Shown piece by piece: positions 13,582-27,400 of a DNA stretch of 64,000 nucleotides. Numbering within the stretch: position 1 is the stretch's first letter; each line of letters opens with the position of its first letter. The translations under genes were made by a program, and so were the position numbers. The stretch comes from Mytilus trossulus (lineage: Eukaryota), in contig NC_086378.1 of assembly GCF_036588685.1 (NCBI RefSeq), positions 89,156,001 through 89,220,000 on the forward strand, read 5' to 3'. A model generated the notes under the pieces. The model saw only the letters and a list, made by a program, of their open reading frames with translations. It made no database searches and was not told the origin of the DNA.

Positions 13582-16025
13582 CAGTGGCGGATCCAGGGGG
13601 TGGTCTGGTGAGGGGGTGGTCTCACGGCGCACAGGACCACCCCCATGACGAACCTTATTTTTTTTTAAAGTGTCTATTTTTTCAATAACTAGCTAATTAA
13701 CAAATTAACACTTAAGATTAATCCTTTCATCATACTAATTGGTTATGGATTACCTGGATATCTGGAGGTGTCACAATGATAGAATACGGATCAATGCGTT
13801 AATTTCACCTGTATACATGTAATTAAATTGTCAAAACAGCTCGTCAATATAAAGAATTTGACTTCTTATTTTGAAAGGTAAAAACAATTTTTTTTTGTAT
13901 TTTCAAGTGAAATTTTCATATATAATTGCATTGTCCAACTAAGGGAGTCTCGGTTTTAAATTTCATTTATTTACATTTTGAAAAAACAATCATTCTGAAT
14001 GAATGAATTTAAATTTGTTTATCTATCTCCTTTTCCCCCAACATCAACAGCAATTCAAGCACTGAAGTTGGTACCGGCATTTGTACAAAGCGCAACATTT
14101 GATGACAGTGATTTTGCTAGCGCTCGTCACTTTCGTATTTTACGAAAAGGTTTTTTGAAATGACGAAAATATTTCATATCAATTTCGTCACTTAAATTTG
14201 GAAAGTGTAAAAATATTTACACATCAAATTACTTGAATTCTACCTGTCTTTATGTTTCTGACAAGTTTATGACCCTCAGGTAATTAACGTTTACCAAAGG
14301 TGTTAAAAGTTGTGATGACAAGTAATCTGCCTATCGCCAATCAGATGGGTCACTAATCCCTTAATTATTATTATAAAACCTCATAAATGATCATAATAAT
14401 CTGTTTAAATTAAAACCAAATTAAATCAGTCAGTCAGCATTTCATTTTTATCATTTCTCACAATTCTGTCGTATTTTCGTCATTTGAACAAAATTGATAA
14501 TCTTCCCGGACATTTCAACTTTATTTTAATTTCAATATTTCCCTTACGATCATAATTTGCAGTTTGCTTGTCGCAGTTTCGACATTTTAAAGTATTTTCG
14601 TCATACTTTATATAAATATTCATTAATAACTTTCGACAACTTCGATTAAAAAAAATGAACTTTATTCAAAACGTAAATATTTTCACTTGCGTTCCTGTTT
14701 CCTGCTTCCTGTTCTATGTATTGCGCATGCGTAAAAGTTCGTAGATGCATCCGGTTTTATTCTGAAATTATAATTTAATTGGCACTTCCCGTTTTCATTT
14801 CATTTCGTTAAAAATCGAAAGTAAACGTGATCTAGTCTACAGTCATTAGAATCGTCACATTAAGTATAGATGCAGATCCTTCTATCCAATATTAAAGAAA
14901 TTGATTCCAAATAGATATTTAAACGTATTTTCAAGGATATAAATGATTGTGAAGTGAAAAAGTTGTTACAAGTTCATTTGTGCAGTGGTTTAAAAAATAG
15001 AGGCACCCAACTTTTGTTGATCAGGGGTGTGCCCTGAAAATAACTGAAGTGAAGCTGTGAACCATATTTCCAGATCCCTGTTCTTATCTTCATATCTTAG
15101 CATCACATCAGTCAATTCATTCAATATTGCCAATAACTGCCTACATTAGCAATCCTAAAGTCTCAAAAGATCCTAGACTAGTCCTTGAAGGACTTGGACA
15201 TATATGTATAGCTAGTTTGATAAACATCCTAGACCCCTTGCTATTATAAAAAAATAAGGCTGATTTTTATCACGCCCAAAAGTGACTAAAGCCCTCAAAA
15301 TCCTAGCTGAAACCCTGGATGAAATTAAACATTTTGTAGACTTTTACCACACTGATTTGCCGTGTCCATCTACAATGCCGTCCGAGCTGCGTTTGGGGCA
15401 AAAGACTTGCGAGTCAATGCTTTCAAAACCAGAAACTGTAGCTGGTGCTCTGAAAGTATGTTACAAAACAGACTTTCCAAATATTTCTGTTATTGGGGTG
15501 ACGAGTTGCGAATGTGAGCGATCCAACAGTGAGTTATCACTTTTAAAAACCTACCTGAGAACAACTATGAGCAATCGCGTTTAAACAGACTTGCGTTGAT
15601 GCATGTGCACTACAGTTCGGAACTAAACATAAAACAAATTATAGATAACTTTGCAAGGAAACACCCGCGACGCATGATGTTGAATGACCAGATAAACGAA
15701 TCTTTGTTAAATTAGTAAATTTTGAACAATTTTACGTAGAATTGTTTTTACCGATTCAGAACATTTTAGCTAAACTTTTTTTACAGCTTGCTTAATTCAG
15801 ATGCCAGTTGTATGTTGTGCTATTTTAGATTGCAAGATATTGTATAGTCTTAAATAAAAAACATTTTTATATGTCTTTAAATTCCTTTACATAGGAATAT
15901 GAGCATTGCATGGTGTTGTCCAAATTCATGATCTTCCATAATGTAGAAGGTATTTTCAAACCTTTTTCATACTATTCATTATTCATTTGGGACCACCCCC
16001 AAATATTTTTCTGGATCCGCCACTG
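13582..16025 (+). mobile_element. Internally deleted hAT DNA transposon
   Basis: Perfect 15-bp TIR cagtggcggatccag/ctggatccgccactg with a 5-bp flanking repeat atatc. Relic of the hAT C-terminal dimerisation domain at 15282-~15680 (FPNI...VTSCECERSNSELSLLKTYLRTTMS, then LALMHVH after a frameshift). Confidence 0.85.
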
Positions 16026-16258
16026 ATATCAAATATTATTGGATGCCGAATTGACTTTGAATAGGTGCCGATTTGACTAGATGCCGATTTAGCCAGGTGC
16101 CGATTTGACTTTTTTTTATTGGTGCCGATTTGACTTGTACCCTCTGAATAATCAGACCCTTTCATCAGTTCATAATAATTTTCCAAGTGTCTCAGATTAC
16201 TAGATATTTATACTAAAATCTAAAATTTGTGATGTCTGTAAATATATATATCAATTAC

Positions 16259-16600
16259 CTTTAAATACTTTTACAGTATATGTGTCTTAAAGCCACAATA
16301 TGAAAACGTATAGTCTAATACAAGCTGATAAAAAGTAAAATCTTTTTTCGATGTTTACATCTCGTAACCGGAAACACGCTGCATGTTAAAACAAATGATA
16401 ACTTTGAAATAAGTTTCATGTCTTTCACAAATGAATATTCTTAGATAATAGAGATATATATAAACATTTTATACTAACAAATAATTTCATATATATATAT
16501 ATTAAAGACTTTTGTTATTTCTTAAACCAGAATACAATATTATCATTTACGTGTGTCGTATTTATCAAGGGAGAACACTCGGTAACACAGAAACCGGTAA
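16259..16600. promoter_or_regulatory. Candidate bidirectional promoter and non-coding first exons of BOP1 and IMPA
   Basis: Locally CpG-richer, with an ETS-like aaccggaaac at ~16366. Minus-strand donor AAG|GTAATT at 16258 and plus-strand donor CCG|GTAAGT at ~16597. The first coding exons of both genes are preceded by acceptors. No transcript data. Confidence 0.35.
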
Positions 16601-17147
16601 GTGGAAAAACGTTGTTTAATTTGGCAGTTTAGTGGCTGTAAGCAGGTTAAAGTTGTTGACTAGTAAGTTAAAGTCTGTGATCCCCCCTCCACCAAAAAAA
16701 ATCAAAACAAGACAACATGGCAAAAAATAAATAAATAAACAAACAGAAAAATTCAGATTTAAACATTTGTTAAACATGTTAAATAGACATGTCAAATAGA
16801 CAACCAGAACTGATAACACAAATTATTTTATGATGAAGGTAAGAATGTTCTTCTGTGAGGAGTGAAATGGTCATATCTGCTACTGTTGCAGCTAAATTTG
16901 ATAAAATTTCACTGTGTTTAGTCTTTAGTCTTTAGAAGTGTCAACTTGACACTATAATCTCTCTGTAATTTGAATCACACTGGTAAATTTACGTCACTTT
17001 TGTATAAAACTCATTGGTACATTTGTATTTATAATGTGGCACTGCAGAAAAAAAAAATGTAACTAAATAAATAATTAAATAATTAATTACCCCAAAAAAT
17101 TAAATTAAAATTGAATAAATAATTAACCCTCATAAAACCTTAACTAT

Positions 17148-18300
17148 CTATTTTGTGAACCTTCCAGTATCTTTAATAAAGACCCCTAACAAATGTTGAA
17201 TATCTTCTATGTGATGTTTGTAATTATCATTTTCTGTTGTTGCTAACAATACTTCAGATTCAAGTGTTAGTTTTGCTGTTATGAAGTAGAGTGCTGAGCG
17301 GAGTTTTTCTCTAGCCTCCTCATAATTTTCACAATCCAGTAGGTAATGGTCAACTGTTTCTACTTGTCCACAGCTGCATTTGTCAATGAGTGCTGGGCAT
17401 ATTGTTGATTTGTAAAAGTTTAAATTGCAATATCCTGTTCTTAGACTAGTAGTTATTCTATATATTTCAGTTGACGGCTTGTCTTTTGGAAGTGTATTTT
17501 TTACATTTTGTTGAAAGGCATAATATCTTCTTCCTTTATCACTGGTGTCCCATCTGTTTTGCCATTTTACCATAACACTGTCTTTTGCTCCTTTTTGTAT
17601 ATCTTGTTTTGTAAATATTGGAATGCTTTGTATTTTTTCTGCCTCCTGTGCTGCCTTTTTAGCTAGTTGGTCTGCTAGTTCATTACGGTACCTTGTATGT
17701 CAGCGTGTCCAGGGGTCCATTCAATGGAAACAATGATTCCTTCAGATTTAAGTGCCAATATACCAATTTTAATATCATGAATAGTTTTGCCATAATTATC
17801 TGATTTCCAATTTAAAGTTAAAATTCCAATTGCTGATTGGCTGTCTGAGAAAATTTGGATGGATTCAGTGTTTTTTCTGTTGTTTGGAATTATAAGAAAA
17901 TCTATTACTAGCTTGATAGCTACTAATTCCCCTAATAAAATAGATCCTCTATTGGAAACTGGCTGGGTTAACTCCACATGTTCTGTGCTGTTTGATATTA
18001 AAATAGCTGCCCCAGCACCACATGGACCTGGATTTCCTTTGCAGGAGCCATCAGTGAAAGCTAATGTTGTATTATTTTTAAGTTGATGTATTTTTTCCAA
18101 AATAATATTTTTCCCCTGAAATGCTTGTTCCTCTGATCTAGACTTTGAACTTCCGAGATTTTTCCAATACTCTGGTGGTGATTTTGAGGCTGCTAACCCT
18201 CGGAATTCAAATTGAGACTCTATACAGTCAGAATCAATCTCTGTTGACCTTTTCATGTCTTCAGCCTGTAATACCATTCTTCCAATTGGTGAGATTATTT
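17148..18300 (-). mobile_element. 5'-truncated RNase H-bearing non-LTR retrotransposon (I/Nimb-like), 3' end of ORF2
   Basis: RNase H motifs FTDGSCKGNPG, GELVAI, IFSDSQSAI and WTPGHADIQG, then a frameshift before NELADQLAK. C-terminal CCHC knuckle CSCGQVETVDHYLLDC. Confidence 0.9.
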
Positions 18301-20880
18301 TTTCAGGTTCATTTATATTTTTTCAATCTTCAAAAATTTGTTTAATAGGCAAAATTGTGATTTGTCAGAGCAAGGATTTGTATAGTTAAGACGAGATGTT
18401 CAAACAGGTAAAGCAGAGATGATTTACATTCTTGTTTTGATCTTCGTAATAATTAAGTAAGAAAATGACGTTATCGTTATGCGTTACATTTCACACGAAA
18501 CAGAAGTCCAATTATTTATTAAAATTGTTTTTGTCTTTAAGTTCTAATCATTTCCGGTCATATGTGAAACATGTGACTAACATGTGATCACGCCATTACG
18601 GCCGTATGTACGAAATACTAGGTCTAAACATTGTTTTTGTTTCCAACGGGATGTTAGCAAACATAATCTGTAGACATGTTTCGTCTTGTTTAAAAGAGGA
18701 AAATATAATTTTCAAAGAGATTGCGCCGGGGGTCTATTATTTTTCCTATGTGCATAATGTTACATACGATCTTGTGTGAAAATAAATGCCCAATGACTTG
18801 ACAAAATCGATTTCAGATTTGACAGACGTTTAAACACACTACGTTTCCCAATAACAATGTAAAGGGTCCTTGGAAAATTCAATCGAAATTACGTCTCTTA
18901 TCATAGTGCCGATCTTCGTTGGATTGATTTTGCTTCAGCAGTAAATATTACTGGATATTTTAGGTGAATAAAGATAATTAAATGAAAAATGCATGTTAAT
19001 ATACGGTTACACTTGGAATGTACAAAGTTGGTAACTTTGTCACAATTTATAATTATTTTTTTCTATTCATGTTCTGCAAACACTTTTCAGAAACGCAATA
19101 AACTTGTCAAAGGAAAAGTAAACTTTTACCAGGCATGACTTGAAAGGAAGTACTTTATTGATTTTAGCCCACTAAAGTAGGTTAAAATGTGGAAACCATG
19201 TAGATTGTGTACAGGTCACAAATATCACATGGTGCCTATTTTAAAGATTTTAATTCAAAGTTAAAAGTTTTTTTCTTTACTGGATTTAAAGAATTTTACA
19301 TTGCCAATGATTTGGAATAAATTTTATATACATGATATAACTGGAATTTCAAAACCAAATATAAATATTTTTTTTTGGCCAAAACATCAAGATACAACGA
19401 TTATGGTATCCTGTATCAATGAAGAAAATATGGAAAATTCTGAATAAATTGTACTAATTGTTTTCAAAACAAGCACATATTTAGGAGTTTTATAATACTG
19501 TTACATTTAAGATGGATTTTAAGAAAAAGTATACTGTTCAGATTATTTTAAGCAGATTTTGCAATAAAATAAAACTAAAAAAATGCTTTCGGTTTCTTAT
19601 GGATGTATGGTTTCCTGTCACTTTTAAAAAAAACTTTAATATAACATTGAAAATAGATTTTAAATATTAACATGAAGCAAGTAACACTAGTAATGGTGTT
19701 TATTTATGCCTTTTGAATTATATTGTGCAAAATAAAGAAAATAAAGATTGGTTTCCTGTTTGGTTTCCTGTCGTGAAACGGTGAATCAAAATGTATTAAT
19801 TTTTTCTCGAAAAACTCAATTGTTCCATTCATACTATTCTAACACCAACACAACCCACAAAATAAAAGTTAAAATTTTAGAACTTATAAAAAAGGATACA
19901 AAAAGAAACCAAAGGCCGAATACCAAATTATGGTCCATATTCATGACTTGATAGATAAGATCAGCACATGTAGCCATAAACTGTAGCCATAAACTGAGAG
20001 TTGTAGATTTGTAGCATAACTGGTAGTTTTGAGAATATAGAATAGATACAAAAATAGGGTTTTTAATAATAATAATCTGAGCAAGTAAAACACCGATTTA
20101 TCAATATACAAATATTATAAAATTATAAAAATAGATAATCAATTTCAGCTGTACTACATATAAATTTTATTATAAAATGATATAAGCAAAAAATTTCTAA
20201 TACAGAGAATCAGCATGTGCCATGCTGACATAATTTTCCTGTTTGCATGATTCAGGAGTTAATATTGCTTTTCAGACAGCTGGGCCATTATTGAAAAAAT
20301 GTATCAGCCCAGTTTGGGAATAAAAGAATTGAAAATCAATAGATGTCAGATGGTTTTCTTTAAGATGGATAATTTTTAAGTTAATACAATAAAACTTGTG
20401 TATAGATATACATGTAAGTTAAAGTGGTTTGAGTGCCAATGTGACAACTATCCATCCAAGTCACAATTTGTAAAAGTTAATCATTATCATGATTATAGGT
20501 CAAAGTATGACCTTCAACATCATGACCACGGAGCCTTGCATTGGCTCACACAGAACAGCAATGCAAGCTGCAAAGGGCCTAAAAAATTACTAGTGTAAAA
20601 AAATTAAACCATTCAAACAGGAAAACAGATGGTCTAATCTATATAAAATAAGAAACAAGAAAAACATTTATGAACCACATCAAAAAACAACAACCACTGA
20701 ACATCAGACTCCTGACATGCCTGACTGGACAGCTGTAAGCAAAAGCAGTGGGTTTAAATGTTTTTATAGGGAGCCAACCTTCACCATAACCTTGTGTATT
20801 TATTTATATTACTATCCAACATGTGTCCAAGGTTGCACTAGCCTTTTAAAAAAATGGATAAATGAACATATCAGTTTATA

Positions 20881-21150
20881 AAAAAGAAGATGTGGTATGA
20901 TTGCCAATGAGATAACTATCCACAAAAGACCAAAATGACACAAACTTTAACAATAATAGGTCACCGTACGGCCTTCAACAATGAGCAAAACCCATACCGC
21001 ATATAGTCAGCTATAAAAGGCCCCGATAAGACAATGTAAAACAATTCAAGGGAGAAAACTAACGGCCTTATTTATGTAAAAAAATGAACGAAAAACAAAT
21101 ATGTAACACATAAACAAACGACAACCACTGAATTACAGGCTCCTGACTTA
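20881..21150 (+). repeat. High-copy interspersed repeat (family A)
   Basis: aaaaaagaagatgtggtatgattgccaatgagacaactatccacaaaagacc recurs at ~22121, 26049, 30352, 30891 and 47005. Inverted copies at ~1-140, 10730-10805, 31625-31770 and 51278-51330. Confidence 0.8.
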
Positions 21151-21422
21151 GCATGTTTAGTTTTGATTGCGACATTCAGGATTGTTTTATTGGATGAACT
21201 TTCCTCCATGGTCCATCTTTAATCCATGGAGCTCCATGTACTAGTACACTTTCCAACAAAGAAAATAATTTGATTTCAGTATTGTAATTTTAAAACTAGA
21301 TTCAGACTTACAGAAGTGAGTTACAATGAAGTCCAGACGCCAAACACACATCAATGATATACATACAATACACATGATACAACTGACTTAACAATATTGT
21401 ATATTTTATTTTGTAGAATATC

Positions 21423-24400
21423 ATGTCTACTGCAGAAATTCAAGATTATTTAAAGACAGCTACAGGGGTAGCCAAGGAGGCAGGGGAGGTAATTATAAAC
21501 TAAAACAATGTCATTGATCATGTTGATAATCTATATATTCACATTTTTTAATTGGATTAAAAACCTATGATGAATTTAAAAACTAATTTATAAGGTAAAA
21601 ATAAATTACAAAACTTTCCTATAGTGCTAAATTTGTTTTGATTAGTTTCTTGATTTTGCAATTCAGTACATTTTGTATGTTGAAATGATGGTATACACAT
21701 GGTATAATTATGATCCGCAACTTGACTCAAATGTACAAATGAATATAACATTCTCTAAAATGTTTACAATTTAAGACGACTAATGTGTTGAATTGATACT
21801 TTTTGGTCTCACAATTTACACTGCATTGTTATTTATCTTTTCCCTGCCAAAATATTCCAATTGAATACTTCAATAGTCTTCTAAGATATATATGTTGTTG
21901 AATAGAAATAATAGGATACCAACTCCCCCAAAATGTGAAAAAAAAACAGAAAAATTAATTTACTGTTACATAAAGAAAAATTGCATCAAGTTATATAGAA
22001 AATTCAATAAAATGAAAATAGAAAGACAGACAACTACAACAAAAAATAAAAAAGTTTACAAATAAAAAAATAAATAAAAAAAACATGCTAAGTGTTTTGT
22101 TGAATATTAGCAGTAAATATAAAAAAGAAGATGTGGTATGATTGCCAATGTGACAACTCTCCACAAGGTACCAAATAACACAAAAATTAACAACTATAGG
22201 TAACCATACAGCCTTAATCAATGAGCAAAGACCATATCGCATAGTCAACTCTAAAAGGACAAATGACAATGTAAAACAATTGAAACGAGAAAAACTAATG
22301 ACCTTATTTATGTACCAAATACGAAAGAAAAACAAGTATGTAACACATTAATAAACCACAACCACTAAATTACAGGCTCATCACTTGAGACAGGCACATA
22401 CATACAGATTGTGGCAGGGTTAAACATGTTAATGGGATTCCAACATGTCCAACCCTCCATTAACCTAGGACAGTGGTGTAACTATGCAACATAAGAACAA
22501 ACTTTAAAAATTAGTTGAAAAAGGCTTAAACATCCCATCAGATGGATAAAAATACATATTCTATAAATACAAGTGGACTTGGCCAGGTACTTGTACATCC
22601 AAACAACAAAAAGACAATAAGTACAGATCAGAGATTACTCTCAGTTACTGATAGATTAGTCATTAAACTGTCATTTGAATTCTGGTAGCATCATTGGCTG
22701 CTGACATGACCTGTTTGGATTGATATTCATATTAGTATATATCTCATTATTTAGTTGGACAAGGCTTGTTGTATTTTAAACATTGAGATTGATAATACAT
22801 GGGTATGACTCAATGATCAGACATTCATTGTCAGAATTTACCCAAGATTTATATTCCAGGTAGTTAGAGAGGCCTTTTACAAAGAGAAATCATTACAAAC
22901 TAAAAGTAATTACGCTGACCTAGTGACAGAAACAGATCAGGCCGTAGAGAAACAGATAATTAACTCATTGAAAGAAAAGTATCCAACTCACAAGTAAGGA
23001 TAATAATCATTATGAGGCGACATATCTCAGTTTAACATTAGAAGAATGAAGTCCCATGTCCCATTTGCTTTTAACACACACAAATACATTACTGTGGATT
23101 CATTATTTTTCATGGGTACCAATTTTCTTGGATTTAGGAAAATTTTCATTTTGCTGGATATTTGATTTCGTAGTTTTGCTGAAGACTGCATACATTTCTA
23201 TATAACATTTGTAATTCGTTCCACAATGAAATTAGTGGTTCCTAGGTAACGATGAAATCCATAAAAAGTGATATCTAATGAAGCCACAGTAGTCTGCACC
23301 GTTAGCCACTAGTCTAATAGATGCTCCTGATCCAGACGAGTAAAGTTTTATTCAGACTAGTAAATATTTGCAAAACTTTCTTATGACACATAAGGAAAAG
23401 GTGAACATATCCTTCTTCAGAATAGTTTTTGGAATAATTTGGGGCAGACTAATACATCACTGTGTATGTTGTGAGAGAGTCAGAAACCTGGATATTTATA
23501 TAAATTTTAAATTCCAAGATAAAGTGCTTCAGTGTTGATTTAGAATAAAAATAATTTACAAAGGAACTGATATCAATCTCCATATATGCATTTATTGATC
23601 TTAATTCAGATCCTGTGTTTCCAAGCTTTTCTTAAAAAAAGAACTAAAAAGCAACAAACAAATGGAAGTTTTTAACGACCTTGACTGGCTGAAAAGCTTT
23701 ATTCTACTTCATGTTTTAAAAGACCACTTGGGATTGTCTGGTTTTGTTGGAATAATACACACTTTCAAACATTTGAAGGCTGAAATTTCATTGGTTGATG
23801 AAATAATTAATACCAAAACAGAATGTAAAATAGAGTGTTGTCAGATCCTTAGCTTGTAATCAAAGCTTATCACAGGAATTGTATTTAAATCTGAATGAAT
23901 TTTTGGTAACTTTTAGTAAAATAATGAACACTATTTATAATCCCTGGTGTAGATCACATTGTCAATATCTAAAGAAGACTGCTTCATCTTTAGCCATATC
24001 AAATCATTTTGAAGTTTTGATTGAGGAACATTTTATATGTTTGTTTCATATTCGTCATTAAACTACTCAATATGCATGAATTATTTTCCACTGGAAGTAA
24101 ACAGCCTATGGTATATTAGCCCTTCATTTTATAGATTTATTGGTGAGGAATCAGTAGCAGATGGTCATAAAACAGAATGGACAGATGACCCTACATGGAT
24201 CATTGACCCCATAGATGGAACAACGAACTTTGTACATCAAATACCACATACATGTGTGTGTATAGGACTATCTATTAAAAAGCAGGTATGACCTTGATTC
24301 CTGACCTTTGTACATCAAATACCACATAAATGGGTGTGTAAAAAAACCGCTATTAAAAAACCGGTACGACCTTGAACAACTAGCTTTGTACAATAAATAC

Positions 24401-27400
24401 CACAGACATTTGTGTCTATAAGACTCTATAAAAAAACAGGAACAACCTTGAACAACAAACTTTGTACATCAAATGCCACATACATGTGAATGATAGAACT
24501 CCCTATTAAAAACAGGTACGACCTTGAACAACAAACTTTGTACATCAAATGACACATTCATGTGAGTGTATAGAACTCCCTATTAAAAACAGGAACGACC
24601 TTGAACAACAAACTTTGTACATCAAATGACACATGCATGTGAGTGTATAGAACTCCTTATTAAAAAACAGGTACGACCTTGAACAACAAACTTTGTACAT
24701 CAAATGCCACATGCATTTGAGTGTATAGAACTCCCTATTAAAAAACAGGTACGACCTTGAACAACAAACTTTGTACATCAAATGCCATATGCATGTGAGT
24801 GTATAGAAGTCCCTATTAAAAAACATGTGCAACCATATACATCAATTCTTAAAATCAATAGAACTAAATGTTCAATCAAGGTACTGTTGAGGGAAAAGCA
24901 TATTTTAAATAAAAAGCTGTTTTAAGTTTGCAAATACACCACAAGTTGCACAAGAGAAATTTTTAAAACAAATTTGATATTTATGGGTACTTATTTTAAA
25001 ATATTGAGTAAAACTTGTATTGCACGGTTATTTGATATCATGGATATAAGTCTACATTCAAGCTAATAGAAACTATTACTTTTAAATTTGTGGTTCAAAG
25101 ATACTAAAAAAATGTCTGAAAATAGGTATCCTTTGAATAATAATGAATACTTCAATTTCTCTAATGCTTACATTTACAAGAGTGCAGCTAATTCTTTGAA
25201 ATTAATTTACATTTTAGAACTGTTCAATTCATGATAATTATTATTTCTATACATTGTACTTTAGATGGTAGTTGGTGTGGTTTATGCCCCGATTTTAAAT
25301 GAAATGTATACAGGAGCTAAAGGACTGGGAGCCTTCTGTAATGGGGAACGGATATCTACTTCTCAACAAAATGGTAACTATGTCGGAAATAACAAAATCC
25401 ATATAAAAATTTGTTTAACCCTAGAACACAAGTACTCACCAAATCGAGGAGGACCAAAGTCCTTAAACCTGCTATTGTTTTATAGATTTCATTGTAAGCT
25501 ACTTTACTAAATATCAGTTTAAAGATAGATGTAAAGGAGTTATGGATAAGTTTCAATTTTATCATTTGATGCACAAATTTAAAGTTGATATCAATAGTTT
25601 ATGCATTTAATTATTTTGCAAAGGTATAGAAATGTTTTGTTATTTTAATGCATTCATGACATTTATTTCATTGGAATGTTACAAATGAGTAGGATTTTTA
25701 TTTATATGCCCTTCAATGATTGATACATTATAATATCCATGGGTTTATCAGAGTACAAGTTCTAGAGTAATGAAATAGAAATCTTCAATTCCCTGCTTTT
25801 CATATTGTGCAATGGATATTAAATATGCAAATATACTTTCACAGAGTCACATGATTTTTTGGACAATGTCACAAATATTGAAATTAAGCACTCCTCAAAT
25901 TTTCAGCTCAATGGTTAGTTGTATGAGAATTATTGGACATAAATCATAAAAAACTAGGCAATTTTTATTTGTCTTACAAAAGCTCAAGTTTGCATTCATG
26001 AATATGATTTGAAAATTAACATGATAATAGGTTTTATAAAGACAATATAAAAAAGAAGATATGGTATGATTGCCGATGAGACAACTATCCACAAAAGACC
26101 AAAATGACACAGACATTAACAACTATAGGTCACTGTACGGCCTTCAACAACTTTTAATCTTAAAGATTTTCTGACATCTGTAGTCATTTTAGAGTTGTAG
26201 GACTTTGACTATCAATAAATACTGTAAATTCAGAAATTATTGTGTGCATTTATTATTGCGATTTGTCATTTTAGACTCAAATGGGATTTTAATTTTTTGT
26301 GATAATGAGAAAAATCCTAAGTAATTCATTTTTGAAAATTCAAAATGCAAGTTTAGATTATTGCTTTTATTACCCACATTTTTTGCAATTATAAAAACAT
26401 CGCAATGATTTCAGACTTTACAGAAAGTATATTTACATACTTCTTTGATAAAGTTCTAAATTAGAGACATGTGGTTCTTACTTGCTTTAAAAACATAGAA
26501 AGTTCTAAGCGTCACATGAAAAAACAATCCTAGGTGACACATTGGTCATGGTAAAACAGTCCTGGTTGTCACATGGGTCATGGTGAAATGCTTCTAGTTG
26601 TCACATGAGGAAATTTACTTTTAGATACTTATGATTGTTGATTTTAACCATGTTATTAATTTCATCTCAATTTCTCAACCTTTTCAAATATCAAGATGCT
26701 TGAAAAAGTTACCTTTCCTATTGGCTCAACCATACCACTCATTAAGTAGTTAATACTCCACCCTACAGACAAGTTGTCAAATGTGATGCTATCCAAAATT
26801 TTTGGGGAGAACACTCAACAATCTTCAGCAAATTAAGCTTGAAATTGTCACACGTAAAGAATAAGACACCTGTTGAATTTTGTATTAGTAGATCAAAGTC
26901 AAGGACAAAGTGCCTATGATAAGACTAAAATCATTAGTGAACTAGACAAATTTATTGAATATCTGTATTGGTACACTTAAAAATAAAAATGAATAATAAT
27001 TTATCTTTTAAAATGATATATCTTTTCAGACATGAAGCAGGCAATTATATATCTGGAAGGCGGATCCTCAAGAGAACCAGATGTATTAAGAAGAAAATGT
27101 AATATTTATCATAAAGTTGTTGAGACTACTCGTGGGTATGTTTTTAAGATAACTGTGAAATATTTGTCATTATGTGATGTAGATGACTTACTTTCATTCA
27201 AGTGACCTGTTCTTACATTTAGTACAACTTTTGCTAAATGTAAATTGAAGACTCACTTTGTTTCATTGATATTTTATGTAGGTCATATTTCATACAGTTA
27301 TAAGTTTTTATTCAAAGCTATGTTGCTAAAGTTATGTTAATGTGGTCATGATAACATATGTATACCTATATTATTACCTAGTTACTACAAAGCAAGTAAA

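Larger units (their letters stand above)
12134..16146. mobile_element. Foldback/Mutator-like non-autonomous element with modular TIRs, carrying nested insertions
   Basis: Tandem gtcaaat(t/c)ggcacc modules at 12146-12270 are inverted at 16040-16137. Flanking 10-bp direct repeat aataatcaga at 12124-12133 and 16147-16156. Confidence 0.65.
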
